A DNA stretch of 64,000 nt from an uncultured Spirochaetales bacterium (GTDB taxonomy: Bacteria > Spirochaetota > Spirochaetia > Sphaerochaetales > Sphaerochaetaceae): contig CAKQTE010000040.1 in assembly GCA_934276485.1 (NCBI GenBank), positions 5,208-69,207 on the forward strand. The letters are read 5' to 3'. Shown here piece after piece: positions 1 to 8,812 of the stretch. Position 1 is the first letter of the stretch, and every line of letters starts with the position of its first letter. Made by a program: the position numbers and the translations under genes. The notes under the pieces were generated by a model, which saw only the letters and a list, made by a program, of their open reading frames with translations, had not been told where the DNA came from and searched no databases.

Positions 1-819
1 ACCACCAACATCTTCACCAACGCCAGGGATAACACCAACGCCTACACCAATACATGCACTTCTGATGATTGCAAGTAGGTTCTTCTTGATGATCTTGAAT
101 CCATCTTTCATATGGAACTTGGATAGATTTAGAATCTGCTTGTTCTTCTCAATCTTGAAAGCTCTTACGATTTCAGGGAAACCGAAAAGACCGATCATGA
201 TAGGAATAAGCTGAAGTCCACCCATCATATTTACATTGTCAAAGCTAAAGCGAGGGAACATGTTGATTCTGTCGTAACCAACCTGTGCAACCATTAGTCC
301 GATGATACCACTGATCCATCCCTTGATAGCCTTTCCCTGTCCTGTGATAGCACCACAGATGAGGATACCGAAGATAGAAAGGAGGAAGAACTCCCAGCTT
401 GTGAACATCAAGGAAATAGATGTCAAAAGTGGAGTAAGAGTAAGTACGAATACTACTGAGATAAGTGTTCCCAAACAAGAAGCGGTTGTTGCAACGAAGA
501 TTGCAAGACCACCTTTTCCTTGACGAGCAAGAGGAAATCCATCAAGTGCGGTAGCAGCTGATGCTGGAGTTCCTGGAATATTCAATAGAATAGCTGACTG
601 ACAACCACCGGATACTGCACCTACATAAACACCAAGAAGTGCGATAAGAGCAGCTTCATGTGAGAAGTTGTATGTAAGACCAGTAAGTAGTGCGATAGCC
701 ATAGTAGCTGAAAGGCCTGGAAGTACACCCATCATCAAACCAGCAGCGGTTGAAAGAACGAGTGTAAATAGGTTGATAGGAGTTAGAACTGTTAAAAGAG
801 CTTCAAGTACATATTGCAT
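1..819 (-). CDS. tctA: TTT-family large permease (TctA), C-terminal part cut by window edge
   Basis: Absent from the ORF track because it runs off the window. Hand translation of the minus strand from ATG at 819-817 gives MQYVLEALLTVLTPINLFTLVLSTAAGLMMGVLPGLSATMAIALLTGLTYNFSHE..., a typical TctA N-terminus. Follows tctC-tctB on the same strand. Confidence 0.85.
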   Translation of the reverse strand, partial: MQYVLEALLTVLTPINLFTLVLSTAAGLMMGVLPGLSATMAIALLTGLTYNFSHEAALIALLGVYVGAVSGGCQSAILLNIPGTPASAATALDGFPLARQGKGGLAIFVATTASCLGTLISVVFVLTLTPLLTSISLMFTSWEFFLLSIFGILICGAITGQGKAIKGWISGIIGLMVAQVGYDRINMFPRFSFDNVNMMGGLQLIPIMIGLFGFPEIVRAFKIEKNKQILNLSKFHMKDGFKIIKKNLLAIIRSACIGVGVGVIPGVGEDVGG

Positions 820-834
820 TTCTATATCTCCTTA

Positions 835-1365
835 TTATGGTAGGATGGCTCTGAAGCCATACTGGAAAAGAACAACGATTACAGCCATTGTCAAAACTGT
901 AATGATGATTGACTGCCACCACTTAGCAGCTCCTAGGTACAATAGGAGAACAATCATGAAGATTCCACCTGATAGGTAGAATGGAACCTTGAAGCTTCCG
1001 ATTCTCATACCAACAAGGAAGAATGAGAAGATGAACATGATAAGCATACCAATGAGCATTCTGTAAGTATTAGGATCCTTGACTGTCTCATGGAATCTTA
1101 CATTCATCTCATGTATGTGCGCTTTAATTGATCCTCCGAATCCCTTTTCCTTGTCTTTGATTGAATAGAAAGCCAATAGGAGGGAGAAGAAAATAAGAAG
1201 GATGCCCAAAACCAGAGGCAAAAAGCCTGGTGACAAGCTGAGTTCAGGTACATTATAAGGTCTGACTGTTGCGATCTTATAGATGTTATAGCCGCCGATT
1301 GCAACATAGATACCAAATACAAGTGTAATAACGGCAAGTATTAAGTCTTTTGTCTTTTTGTTCAT
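835..1365 (-). CDS. tctB: TTT-family small membrane subunit (TctB-like)
   Basis: 176 aa, four hydrophobic segments, located between tctC and tctA. Confidence 0.7.
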   Translation of the reverse strand: MNKKTKDLILAVITLVFGIYVAIGGYNIYKIATVRPYNVPELSLSPGFLPLVLGILLIFFSLLLAFYSIKDKEKGFGGSIKAHIHEMNVRFHETVKDPNTYRMLIGMLIMFIFSFFLVGMRIGSFKVPFYLSGGIFMIVLLLYLGAAKWWQSIIITVLTMAVIVVLFQYGFRAILP

Positions 1366-1427
1366 AATTTAAATCCATTGAAAAAATGCAGGGACAACTA
1401 CATCCCTGCATTATAATTAATCAACTC

Positions 1428-2438
1428 TTAGCGAGTGAAACCACATGTAGCAGGATCGTTAACTGCAACACCAGCGTCCCAAAGGATGTAGCAAGCGTTT
1501 GAAGCGAAAGAATCGAGGTACTTCTGGCTCTCTTCTCTGCCCATTGGGTTGACTACGAATGACTTTGTTTCGCAGAAATCTAGGAATGCCTGATCCTTAA
1601 CAGCTACTGCAAATGCATCATCAATCTTCTTTAGTGAGCTCTCTGGGAGTCCCTTTGGAATCATGATACCAGTAACTTCACCCATTGGGATGTACTGTGC
1701 ATCTGGATATGACTTCTTGATAGAAGGAACAACTACGCCAGGAGCAAGCTCGATATCTTCTTCAGCGAGAACAGCAATGCACTTAACGTCTCCTGAGATG
1801 ATGAGGTCCTTGAGCTCAGCAAGAAGCTGTGGACATACGTCGATTTCGTTTGAAAGAAGAGCTGTAACTGCAGCTGATCCACCATTGTATGGTGTGTGCT
1901 TTACATCAGCGCCAGCGATAGCCTGGATGATCTGTGTTCCGAAGTGACCACCTGAACCGATTCCACCTGTACCGAATGTGATCTTTCCTGGGTTAGCCTT
2001 GATAGCGTTAACGAGATCTTCGATTGTGTTGTATGGAGAGTTCTTGCTTACACAGATAGCGTTTGGTGAGTATGTTGCTAGCCAAATGTCCCAATCCTTG
2101 TAAGTTTTCTTTGATACGTTAGAAGTTACTGGCATTGTTGTGAATGCGAGCATTCCATGACCAAGAATTGTGTAGCCATCAACTGGAGCATTAAGAACAG
2201 ACATTGTTCCTGTTGCACCTGAAGCACCTGGTGTGTTTGTGATGTTGATCTGAACACCAAGTTCTCTAGACATACCGTTAGCAATTGATCTTGCTGTAAG
2301 GTCTGTTGTTCCACCAGCACCGTAAGGTACTACGAGGTTAATGTTTCTTGTAGGATAGTTCTGCTCTGTCTGTCCATTAGCGAATAGGGCTGTGGAGAGA
2401 ACTACGAGTGCCATTGCGATAACGAATAGTTTTTTCAT
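1428..2438 (-). CDS. tctC: TTT-family periplasmic substrate-binding protein (TctC/Bug family)
   Basis: Signal peptide MKKLFVIAMALVVLSTALFANG. The VVPYGAGGTTDLTAR and GTGGIGSGGH regions are typical of the Bug/TctC fold. Start moved to internal ATG 2438, after AGGAG. Confidence 0.85.
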   Translation of the reverse strand: MKKLFVIAMALVVLSTALFANGQTEQNYPTRNINLVVPYGAGGTTDLTARSIANGMSRELGVQINITNTPGASGATGTMSVLNAPVDGYTILGHGMLAFTTMPVTSNVSKKTYKDWDIWLATYSPNAICVSKNSPYNTIEDLVNAIKANPGKITFGTGGIGSGGHFGTQIIQAIAGADVKHTPYNGGSAAVTALLSNEIDVCPQLLAELKDLIISGDVKCIAVLAEEDIELAPGVVVPSIKKSYPDAQYIPMGEVTGIMIPKGLPESSLKKIDDAFAVAVKDQAFLDFCETKSFVVNPMGREESQKYLDSFASNACYILWDAGVAVNDPATCGFTR

Positions 2439-2493
2439 TAATCGACTCCTTATGTTTTTATATTTAATAGGCAAAACCTATTAGATTACTTAA

Positions 2494-3519
2494 TTAGTCT
2501 AGCTTTACTACGACTTTCATGTATGAACCAGGGTTCTTCTCGATATCGATGATTGTCTCTGGTGCTTCTTCAATTGATACTGTCTTTGTAAGGATCTTAT
2601 CCATTGGTAGCTTCTTGCTAGCAATGATCTCAAGAGCTTCCTCGAACTCTCCAGCGCTAGTTCTTGCGCCTCTGATGTCGAGTTCCTTCTTTGTAAAGAT
2701 ATCTGTAGGGAGTTCTGTTGGAACTTTTGGCCAACCTGTATACACAACACGTCCTGCATTGCATACAACATCCAATGCTCCTCTGATGCATGCATTTGCT
2801 CCTGTTGCTTCCATTGCACACTGAACCATCTTGCCACCAGTTATTTCTTTTACTCTTTCGATGACGTCTTCGGATTTTGAGTTGATAACATAATCAATAC
2901 CACACTCTTTAGAGAAGTCAAGTCTTTCTTGAACTACGTCAACGATGATAGGAGTAGCTCCATAAAGCTTTGCTACAAGGGCTGCAAGGATACCAATTGG
3001 ACCTGCGCCATAGAATAGTGCATACTCTCCCTTTGTGATCTTTCCTCTATGAACACCATGAAGTGAGATAGTAAGAGGCTCAGCTAGAGCTGCCATCTCC
3101 CAAGATAGTCCCTGTGGAATCTTAACAAGCATGTTAGCAGGGTGCTTATAGAATTCAGCCATACCACCATCTACGTGAACGCCAAGAACCTTAAGGTCCT
3201 CACAGCAGTTTGTTCTTCCGATAGAGCAAGCGTAGCAGTGGCCGCAATATAGATATGGGTCAACAACAACTCTGTCGCCAACCTTTAGTCCTTTTGGATT
3301 GTTTGAGCCAATCTTTACAATTTCTCCTGCAATTTCATGACCAATGATTCTAGGGTAGCTAACTAGCTTATTAGCACCTCTGAATGCTCCGATATCAGAG
3401 CCGCAGATACCTGCTGTATGAACTTTAATAAGCGCTTCATCTTCGTTGATTTCAGGAACTTCCCTGTCTACTACTTTTACGTCCCAAGGCTTTTCGATAA
3501 GAACACTTTTCATATCCAA
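2494..3519 (-). CDS. Zn-dependent medium-chain alcohol/polyol dehydrogenase (sorbitol/threonine dehydrogenase-like)
   Basis: GHEIAGEIVKIG catalytic zinc motif, structural zinc Cys cluster CGHCYACSIGRTNCC, GAGPIG Rossmann motif. Confidence 0.85.
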   Translation of the reverse strand: MDMKSVLIEKPWDVKVVDREVPEINEDEALIKVHTAGICGSDIGAFRGANKLVSYPRIIGHEIAGEIVKIGSNNPKGLKVGDRVVVDPYLYCGHCYACSIGRTNCCEDLKVLGVHVDGGMAEFYKHPANMLVKIPQGLSWEMAALAEPLTISLHGVHRGKITKGEYALFYGAGPIGILAALVAKLYGATPIIVDVVQERLDFSKECGIDYVINSKSEDVIERVKEITGGKMVQCAMEATGANACIRGALDVVCNAGRVVYTGWPKVPTELPTDIFTKKELDIRGARTSAGEFEEALEIIASKKLPMDKILTKTVSIEEAPETIIDIEKNPGSYMKVVVKLD

Positions 3520-3683
3520 ATCTCCTTATAAAGAAATTATCTGATCCAAAACGTTTTTCTCGCGTTTGATCATAAATGAATTCAGGTTCGATGTGCTAAC
3601 AGCAACACAGATGAATTTTTCAATGATGATGTCATGTGAATCATTGATTGTTTTCATGTCCCTTATCCCCTTGCTGTTATTCA

Positions 3684-3739
3684 AGAAAACGATTTCATCA
3701 GCAAATGAAAACATTTTTCTTGCGCTGAAATCGATTTCA
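3684..3739. promoter_or_regulatory. Two LacI/cre-type operator palindromes in the divergent adh / lacI-like intergenic region
   Basis: Perfect 14-bp palindrome TGAAATCGATTTCA at 3726-3739 fits TGWAANCGNTNWCA. Imperfect copy AGAAAACGATTTCA at 3684-3697. Confidence 0.55.
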
Positions 3740-3816
3740 TGTTTAGAATAAAGTGTGTTTCGATGGATGTCAAATAAAATTTTAATAATTTTTTATCCAT
3801 TTAAAAGGAGATTAGA

Positions 3817-4803
3817 ATGCAGGCAACAATCAGTGATATAGCCAAGGAGGCAGGGGTATGTATAGCAACTGTTTCTAGAGTAATGAATTCCTCAGCGACT
3901 GTATCAAAAGCTACAAGAGATAAAGTTGAAAAAGCCATGAAGAAGTTTGATTATGTTCCTTCTGAAATCGCTCGTGGCTTAAAGAGCAAGTCTCTTAAGA
4001 CAATAGCCATTGTTGTTAAAAAGCTTACAGAAAAACACCATATGAGGATTGCAGAGGAGATCAACAGACGATTTGCTGAGCTTGGATATGATGTTATGAT
4101 CTTCGAAACCATTTATGAAAAAGAAGACAATATAGCATCGTTCTTGAAGAGAATGCTCAATAAGAATGTTGATGGAATAGTCTTTATCGGTTCAACTTTC
4201 CAGGTTTTGACACGCTTTCCAGAGCTTCCGGAGCTCTTTAAGAACACTCCTGTTGTTATTGCAAATGGTTGGATAGAAGGTACATATGGTTTGTTGGTAG
4301 ACGAAGAGAAGGGAACTCGAGAGCTTGTTGAATACATCCAGAAGAGAGGCAAGCATAATATTGTTTTCTTCAAAGGCAATGATACTGTTTCAACACAAAA
4401 CAAGATCAAGGGATTTAGATCTGTAGTTGGAGATGATGGTGTTGTCGTTGATGTTCTGGATACCATGGATGGCATTCAATATGCACTAGAGGTACTAAAG
4501 CCATTGAATAAAGGAATTGATGCAATTGTCTGCGAAGATGACAGCATTGCGATCAAGGTAGTATCAACATTAATGAGATCCGGTGTTTCCATTCCTGCAG
4601 AGATTGCAGTTACAGGTTTCAATGATTCAGGATACTCAGCGCTTGCTTATCCTGCGATAACCAGTGTTGACAATAAAGCTATAGAACAAGGACAGTTCTG
4701 TGCATCCCTTTTGGAACGCATCCTTTCTGGAAAGGAAGAGATTCCAGAGAAGAAAGTTCTTGAGGTTTTGGAAACTGATCTAGTCATTAGACAAAGTACA
4801 TAA
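3817..4803 (+). CDS. LacI-family transcriptional regulator
   Basis: N-terminal HTH ATISDIAKEAGVCIATVSRVMN plus a periplasmic-binding-protein-like sugar-binding domain. Confidence 0.9.
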   Translation: MQATISDIAKEAGVCIATVSRVMNSSATVSKATRDKVEKAMKKFDYVPSEIARGLKSKSLKTIAIVVKKLTEKHHMRIAEEINRRFAELGYDVMIFETIYEKEDNIASFLKRMLNKNVDGIVFIGSTFQVLTRFPELPELFKNTPVVIANGWIEGTYGLLVDEEKGTRELVEYIQKRGKHNIVFFKGNDTVSTQNKIKGFRSVVGDDGVVVDVLDTMDGIQYALEVLKPLNKGIDAIVCEDDSIAIKVVSTLMRSGVSIPAEIAVTGFNDSGYSALAYPAITSVDNKAIEQGQFCASLLERILSGKEEIPEKKVLEVLETDLVIRQST

Positions 4804-4816
4804 GGAGAGAAATGGA

Positions 4817-5263
4817 ATGATTTTCGATTCAATTGAACGCTTAGGCGTATATGCAAAAGACGTTGAGGCCCTTTCAGAGGTTGCAGAAGAGCTAAAAAAG
4901 CATGATTACAAGGCGCTTCCTGCAGGGCTTTATTATACAGAACCAAATAAGATTCTTTTTCAGAATCAGGAATATGAGACAGTCTCTGAGAGTAAGTTCG
5001 AAGTCCATAAGAAATTCATCGATGTTCATATCGTATTAGAAGGCGAGGAGAACTACGAAGTTGCTAAAGCTCTCGATAAACTTCCAGATAGCTTTGAGGA
5101 AGATAAGGATATTGGTTTCTTTGATGCTACAAGAGATGGTGTTTTTACATTGAAAGAAGGTACATTTGTTCTTTCTTTCCCAAATGAACCTCACCGACCT
5201 CGCGTTAGCGTAGATGGAAAGCCTCATTTTACAAAGAAGATTGTTGTCAAGATTCCTTATTGA
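4817..5263 (+). CDS. YhcH/YjgK/YiaL family protein (DUF386, EbgC-like cupin)
   Basis: 148 aa. HIVLEGEE, FPNEPHRP and KKIVVKI segments parallel E. coli YhcH (LLLNGEE, MPGEPHKP, KKVVVKV). Confidence 0.75.
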   Translation: MIFDSIERLGVYAKDVEALSEVAEELKKHDYKALPAGLYYTEPNKILFQNQEYETVSESKFEVHKKFIDVHIVLEGEENYEVAKALDKLPDSFEEDKDIGFFDATRDGVFTLKEGTFVLSFPNEPHRPRVSVDGKPHFTKKIVVKIPY

Positions 5264-5316
5264 GAATAAATCCATAAAAAGAGTAGGAATTTGATAAGTA
5301 GGACTTGATTACAGTG

Positions 5317-5342
5317 CAATATCTTCGGATATTGTATGTTTG
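5317..5342 (+). terminator. Candidate intrinsic terminator after the yhcH-like gene
   Basis: CAATATC-TTCG-GATATTG hairpin (7 bp stem, UUCG loop) followed by TATGTTTG. Confidence 0.45.
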
Positions 5343-5376
5343 ACTGAAAACCTTAAAAATAGAGGGTATAACTTAG

Positions 5377-6723
5377 ATGAATCATGATCTGACAAAAGGC
5401 TCTGTGACCAAATCCATGGTACTATTTGCAATTCCAATGATCTTGGGAGATTTGTTGCAACAATGCTATAACGTTGCAGATACATTGATCGTAGGACAAT
5501 TTTTAGGTCGCGATGCCCTAGCTGCTGTTGGTTCATCTTTTTCTTTGATGGTATTCCTGACATCAATTATCCTTGGGCTATGCATGGGCAGCGGAGCATT
5601 GTTTTCCATGCGCTTTGGACAAAGAGATGAGGATGCATTAAGAGAAAATATATCTGCATCATTCTTCTTTATAGCTATTGTTACGATAGTTCTAAATATA
5701 TTGGCATATATCGTTCTAGATGGACTAAAAGTCTTTCTTAGAGTCCCTAGAGAAGTCTGGGGTGATATGCGGGAATACCTATTTATAATATTCATGGGAA
5801 TCCCTGCAGTATTTCTATATAACTATTTCTCCTCATTCATGAGGGCAATAGGAAATTCCATTATTCCTTTGATCTATCTAGCGATCTCTGCTGTATTGAA
5901 CATAGCTCTCGATCTTTGGTTTGTTATTGGACTTGAGAGGGGAGTTGGAGGGGCCGCTGAGGCAACTGTGATTGCCCAATACCTATCTGGAATAGGAATT
6001 GCAATAACATCCATTGTTCGTTTCCCTCAAGTTCGATCCATATGGCAAATTGGCACATTGAAAAGAAAACGCGTTAAAGAAGTTGTTTCTTTCTCAATGC
6101 TGACTTGCGTTCAGCAATCAGTAATGAACTTTGGAACTCTTATGGTACAGGGACTTGTTAATAGCTTTGGCGCTGTTGTAATGGCAGCATTCGCAGCTGC
6201 TGTTAAGATAGATGCTTTTGCATATATGCCAGTACAGGACTTTGGAAATGCATTCTCGACATTCATTGCACAAAACTATGGTGCAAAGGAAGATGGCAGA
6301 ATCAAAAAAGGCTTGAAGAGTGCAGTCTTTATATCGATGGCATTCTGTATCTTAATATCTGTACTTGTATATATCTTTGCACGTCCTTTGGTGATGCTCT
6401 TTGTTGAAGCCGGTGAGACGGAGATCATAAAAGAAGGAGTTAGATACCTAAGAATAGAAGGTGCATTCTATTGTGGAATAGGATGCTTGTTCCTTCTGTA
6501 TGGACTATATCGAGCATTAGCACATCCAGGAATGAGCGTTGTTCTAACAGTATGTTCTCTTGGAACACGCGTTGCACTTGCATACATGTTGTCCGCAATA
6601 CCTCAAATTGGTGTTATAGGTATTTGGTGGTCTGTTCCAATTGGTTGGGCATTAGCAGACTGCGTAGGACTGATATATTTCAAGGTTAAGAAAGAGACAT
6701 TGCTCTCTTGGAAAGAGATATAG
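5377..6723 (+). CDS. MATE-family efflux transporter
   Basis: 448 aa, 12 predicted TM segments. N-terminus SMVLFAIPMILGDLLQQCYNVADTLIVGQFLG is typical of the MATE/NorM family. Confidence 0.9.
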   Translation: MNHDLTKGSVTKSMVLFAIPMILGDLLQQCYNVADTLIVGQFLGRDALAAVGSSFSLMVFLTSIILGLCMGSGALFSMRFGQRDEDALRENISASFFFIAIVTIVLNILAYIVLDGLKVFLRVPREVWGDMREYLFIIFMGIPAVFLYNYFSSFMRAIGNSIIPLIYLAISAVLNIALDLWFVIGLERGVGGAAEATVIAQYLSGIGIAITSIVRFPQVRSIWQIGTLKRKRVKEVVSFSMLTCVQQSVMNFGTLMVQGLVNSFGAVVMAAFAAAVKIDAFAYMPVQDFGNAFSTFIAQNYGAKEDGRIKKGLKSAVFISMAFCILISVLVYIFARPLVMLFVEAGETEIIKEGVRYLRIEGAFYCGIGCLFLLYGLYRALAHPGMSVVLTVCSLGTRVALAYMLSAIPQIGVIGIWWSVPIGWALADCVGLIYFKVKKETLLSWKEI

Positions 6724-6798
6724 AGATTGACGAAAGAAATATCCATAAAATCACATAAAGCGTGATAATCGATATCTATCTATGCTATATTTCTAGAT

Positions 6799-8172
6799 AT
6801 GCAACTCTTTGATATTGTTCCCTCCAATTTCTTTTCTATTCTATCTTCTCAAAATAAGCTTCTTTATGCAGAAGCTCTATTTGAGCTTGATAAATGTTTC
6901 AAGCTTGAGACTTCTATCTATCGTAAGCAATATATATCAGCATTAACGGAAAGACTTTCGGGCTTATTGGAAGGAGATGCGTTTCTTGATGAAGATGATT
7001 CATTGGTAGATGTAAAATCAAAGGTCAACTTCATCTATAACAAGCTTAAGGATACAGGATGGATCGAACCTGAGTTTAATGCCAAGGATGGCTTTGAAGA
7101 GATGATATGTATCCCAGAGTATGCATCAAGGGTGATATCAACATTAGTAGGTCTTACTGAGCAGGAGCAGAAAGAATATAGAGGATATGTGTATTCTACA
7201 TACAGTACTTTAAAGGAAGCGAATAGCAACTCTCTTGAGTATTCATATACAGCATTAAATGAAGCGTATAAGAGAACACATGAGTTTGTTGAAGAATTGA
7301 AGATTGTTGATAACAATATCCGTCGCTATCATAGGCGTATTGCAAATCAAGAAGTAAATGAACTCTTAAAGGATCATTTTGATAACTATGAAAAGGAAGT
7401 AATGAAGATCATCGATCCTATAAAGACCAATGATTCTGTTTCAAGGTTCAAGCAATCAATATTAAGTATCCTTAACTCGTGGCGTGATGATGAGAATATC
7501 ATAGAGCGTATAGCTAAGCTTGCATTGCAAGAGAAAGCTGCAGACAGATCCTATACGATTACTGATGCGCGAGAAGATGTGTTTTTCAAGATTGATGATA
7601 TTATCAACATCTATCACAACATTGAAAAGACAATCAGAGCTATAGAAGAGAAGCACTCTTCATACACGCACGCATCAATAGAACGCATTCGATATAAGAC
7701 AAATACAACACGTGATGTGAAAGGCATGCTTGCATACCTGATTGCAAATTCATCAAGTGATTTGTTTGATGAAATGTATGAATCGACGGTGAGTCTATCA
7801 TCTGTTGGATTTATCTCAGATGAATCGAAATACAAGCTCTATAGAAATAGTACATCATCTGAGATCGTGCCATCAAAGATAGACTTTTTCCTAGATAGTC
7901 CAACTGTTATTGATGATTTCTTGGAAGAGATCAAAAAAAGGATATCTGTTGATGAGATAGATGCCTATATCAAATCCAGAATGGTCGACGGATATGTCGA
8001 TACTGAAAGATTGAATATAGCAAACATGGATGAATATGTTCTTTTCATGCTTTCGACAATAAGAGCATATGAAAAGGATTGCCCATATAAAATCATATGG
8101 AGAGATGAGGCGATAGAGGTATCTGAATATACGCTTCCAAATATCCTATATTCATTGAAAGAGAGGGGTTGA
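6799..8172 (+). CDS. jetA: Wadjet JetA (kleisin-like subunit), assigned by synteny
   Basis: 457 aa predicted helical protein with no catalytic motif. First gene of a tightly packed four-gene array ahead of the JetB-like, SMC-like JetC and Toprim JetD genes. Confidence 0.65.
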   Translation: MQLFDIVPSNFFSILSSQNKLLYAEALFELDKCFKLETSIYRKQYISALTERLSGLLEGDAFLDEDDSLVDVKSKVNFIYNKLKDTGWIEPEFNAKDGFEEMICIPEYASRVISTLVGLTEQEQKEYRGYVYSTYSTLKEANSNSLEYSYTALNEAYKRTHEFVEELKIVDNNIRRYHRRIANQEVNELLKDHFDNYEKEVMKIIDPIKTNDSVSRFKQSILSILNSWRDDENIIERIAKLALQEKAADRSYTITDAREDVFFKIDDIINIYHNIEKTIRAIEEKHSSYTHASIERIRYKTNTTRDVKGMLAYLIANSSSDLFDEMYESTVSLSSVGFISDESKYKLYRNSTSSEIVPSKIDFFLDSPTVIDDFLEEIKKRISVDEIDAYIKSRMVDGYVDTERLNIANMDEYVLFMLSTIRAYEKDCPYKIIWRDEAIEVSEYTLPNILYSLKERG

Positions 8173-8176
8173 ATAA

Positions 8177-8812
8177 ATGCTAGATGATTATGAGAAATTG
8201 ACAGATTTGAATAAGCGTGAATTTCAGGATGTGATAAACGCTCTTATGAATCATAGCTATATCATCAGAAAACCATATAGCTTTAAGCAAAATGCAGATT
8301 CTCTAAATGCTGAATTTATATTCATAGAGCGTAATATTGATGTAATCAATGAATATTTGTGCCTTCTTGGATACCATGTAACACTTGATCAAGAATATGG
8401 AGTTGCATATTTCGATATCTATCCCGTTGAGTCAAGAAAGCGCCTCGATAAGATATCAACTCTCGTATTGTTTACACTAAGGTTGATTTACGAAGAAGAG
8501 AAAGAGAAGCTAACCCTATCGCAGAATGTTGGAGTTACAATTGCATCTCTATTGGATAAGCTTAGGACCCTTGGAATATCTGGAGAAAAGCCAATGCCTG
8601 ATTCTGCACTTGCTCCAATACTAAGAACACTTGCAGACTACAATGTCATTCAGCGTAGCTCTAGCGACATTAGCGATAAGTCGAATGTTATTATCATAAA
8701 CCCTTCAATTCTGTTTGTAGTTAATTATGGAGAATTGACAGAACTAGAGACCAAGATCAGAGAATCAAAGGAGAGCTCAAATGAAGAAATTGACCAAGCT
8801 ATTGTTGACTAA
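8177..8812 (+). CDS. jetB: Wadjet JetB (MksE/DUF4194-like subunit)
   Basis: 211 aa with an acidic C-terminus. Starts 4 nt after the jetA stop and overlaps the jetC start by 32 nt. Size and position match JetB. Confidence 0.7.
   Translation: MLDDYEKLTDLNKREFQDVINALMNHSYIIRKPYSFKQNADSLNAEFIFIERNIDVINEYLCLLGYHVTLDQEYGVAYFDIYPVESRKRLDKISTLVLFTLRLIYEEEKEKLTLSQNVGVTIASLLDKLRTLGISGEKPMPDSALAPILRTLADYNVIQRSSSDISDKSNVIIINPSILFVVNYGELTELETKIRESKESSNEEIDQAIVD

Noticed and set aside
245-979. Short ORFs listed at 245-478, 302-523 and 668-979.
   Set aside because: They lie inside or opposite the TctA and TctB coding regions, whose reading frames are clearly supported.
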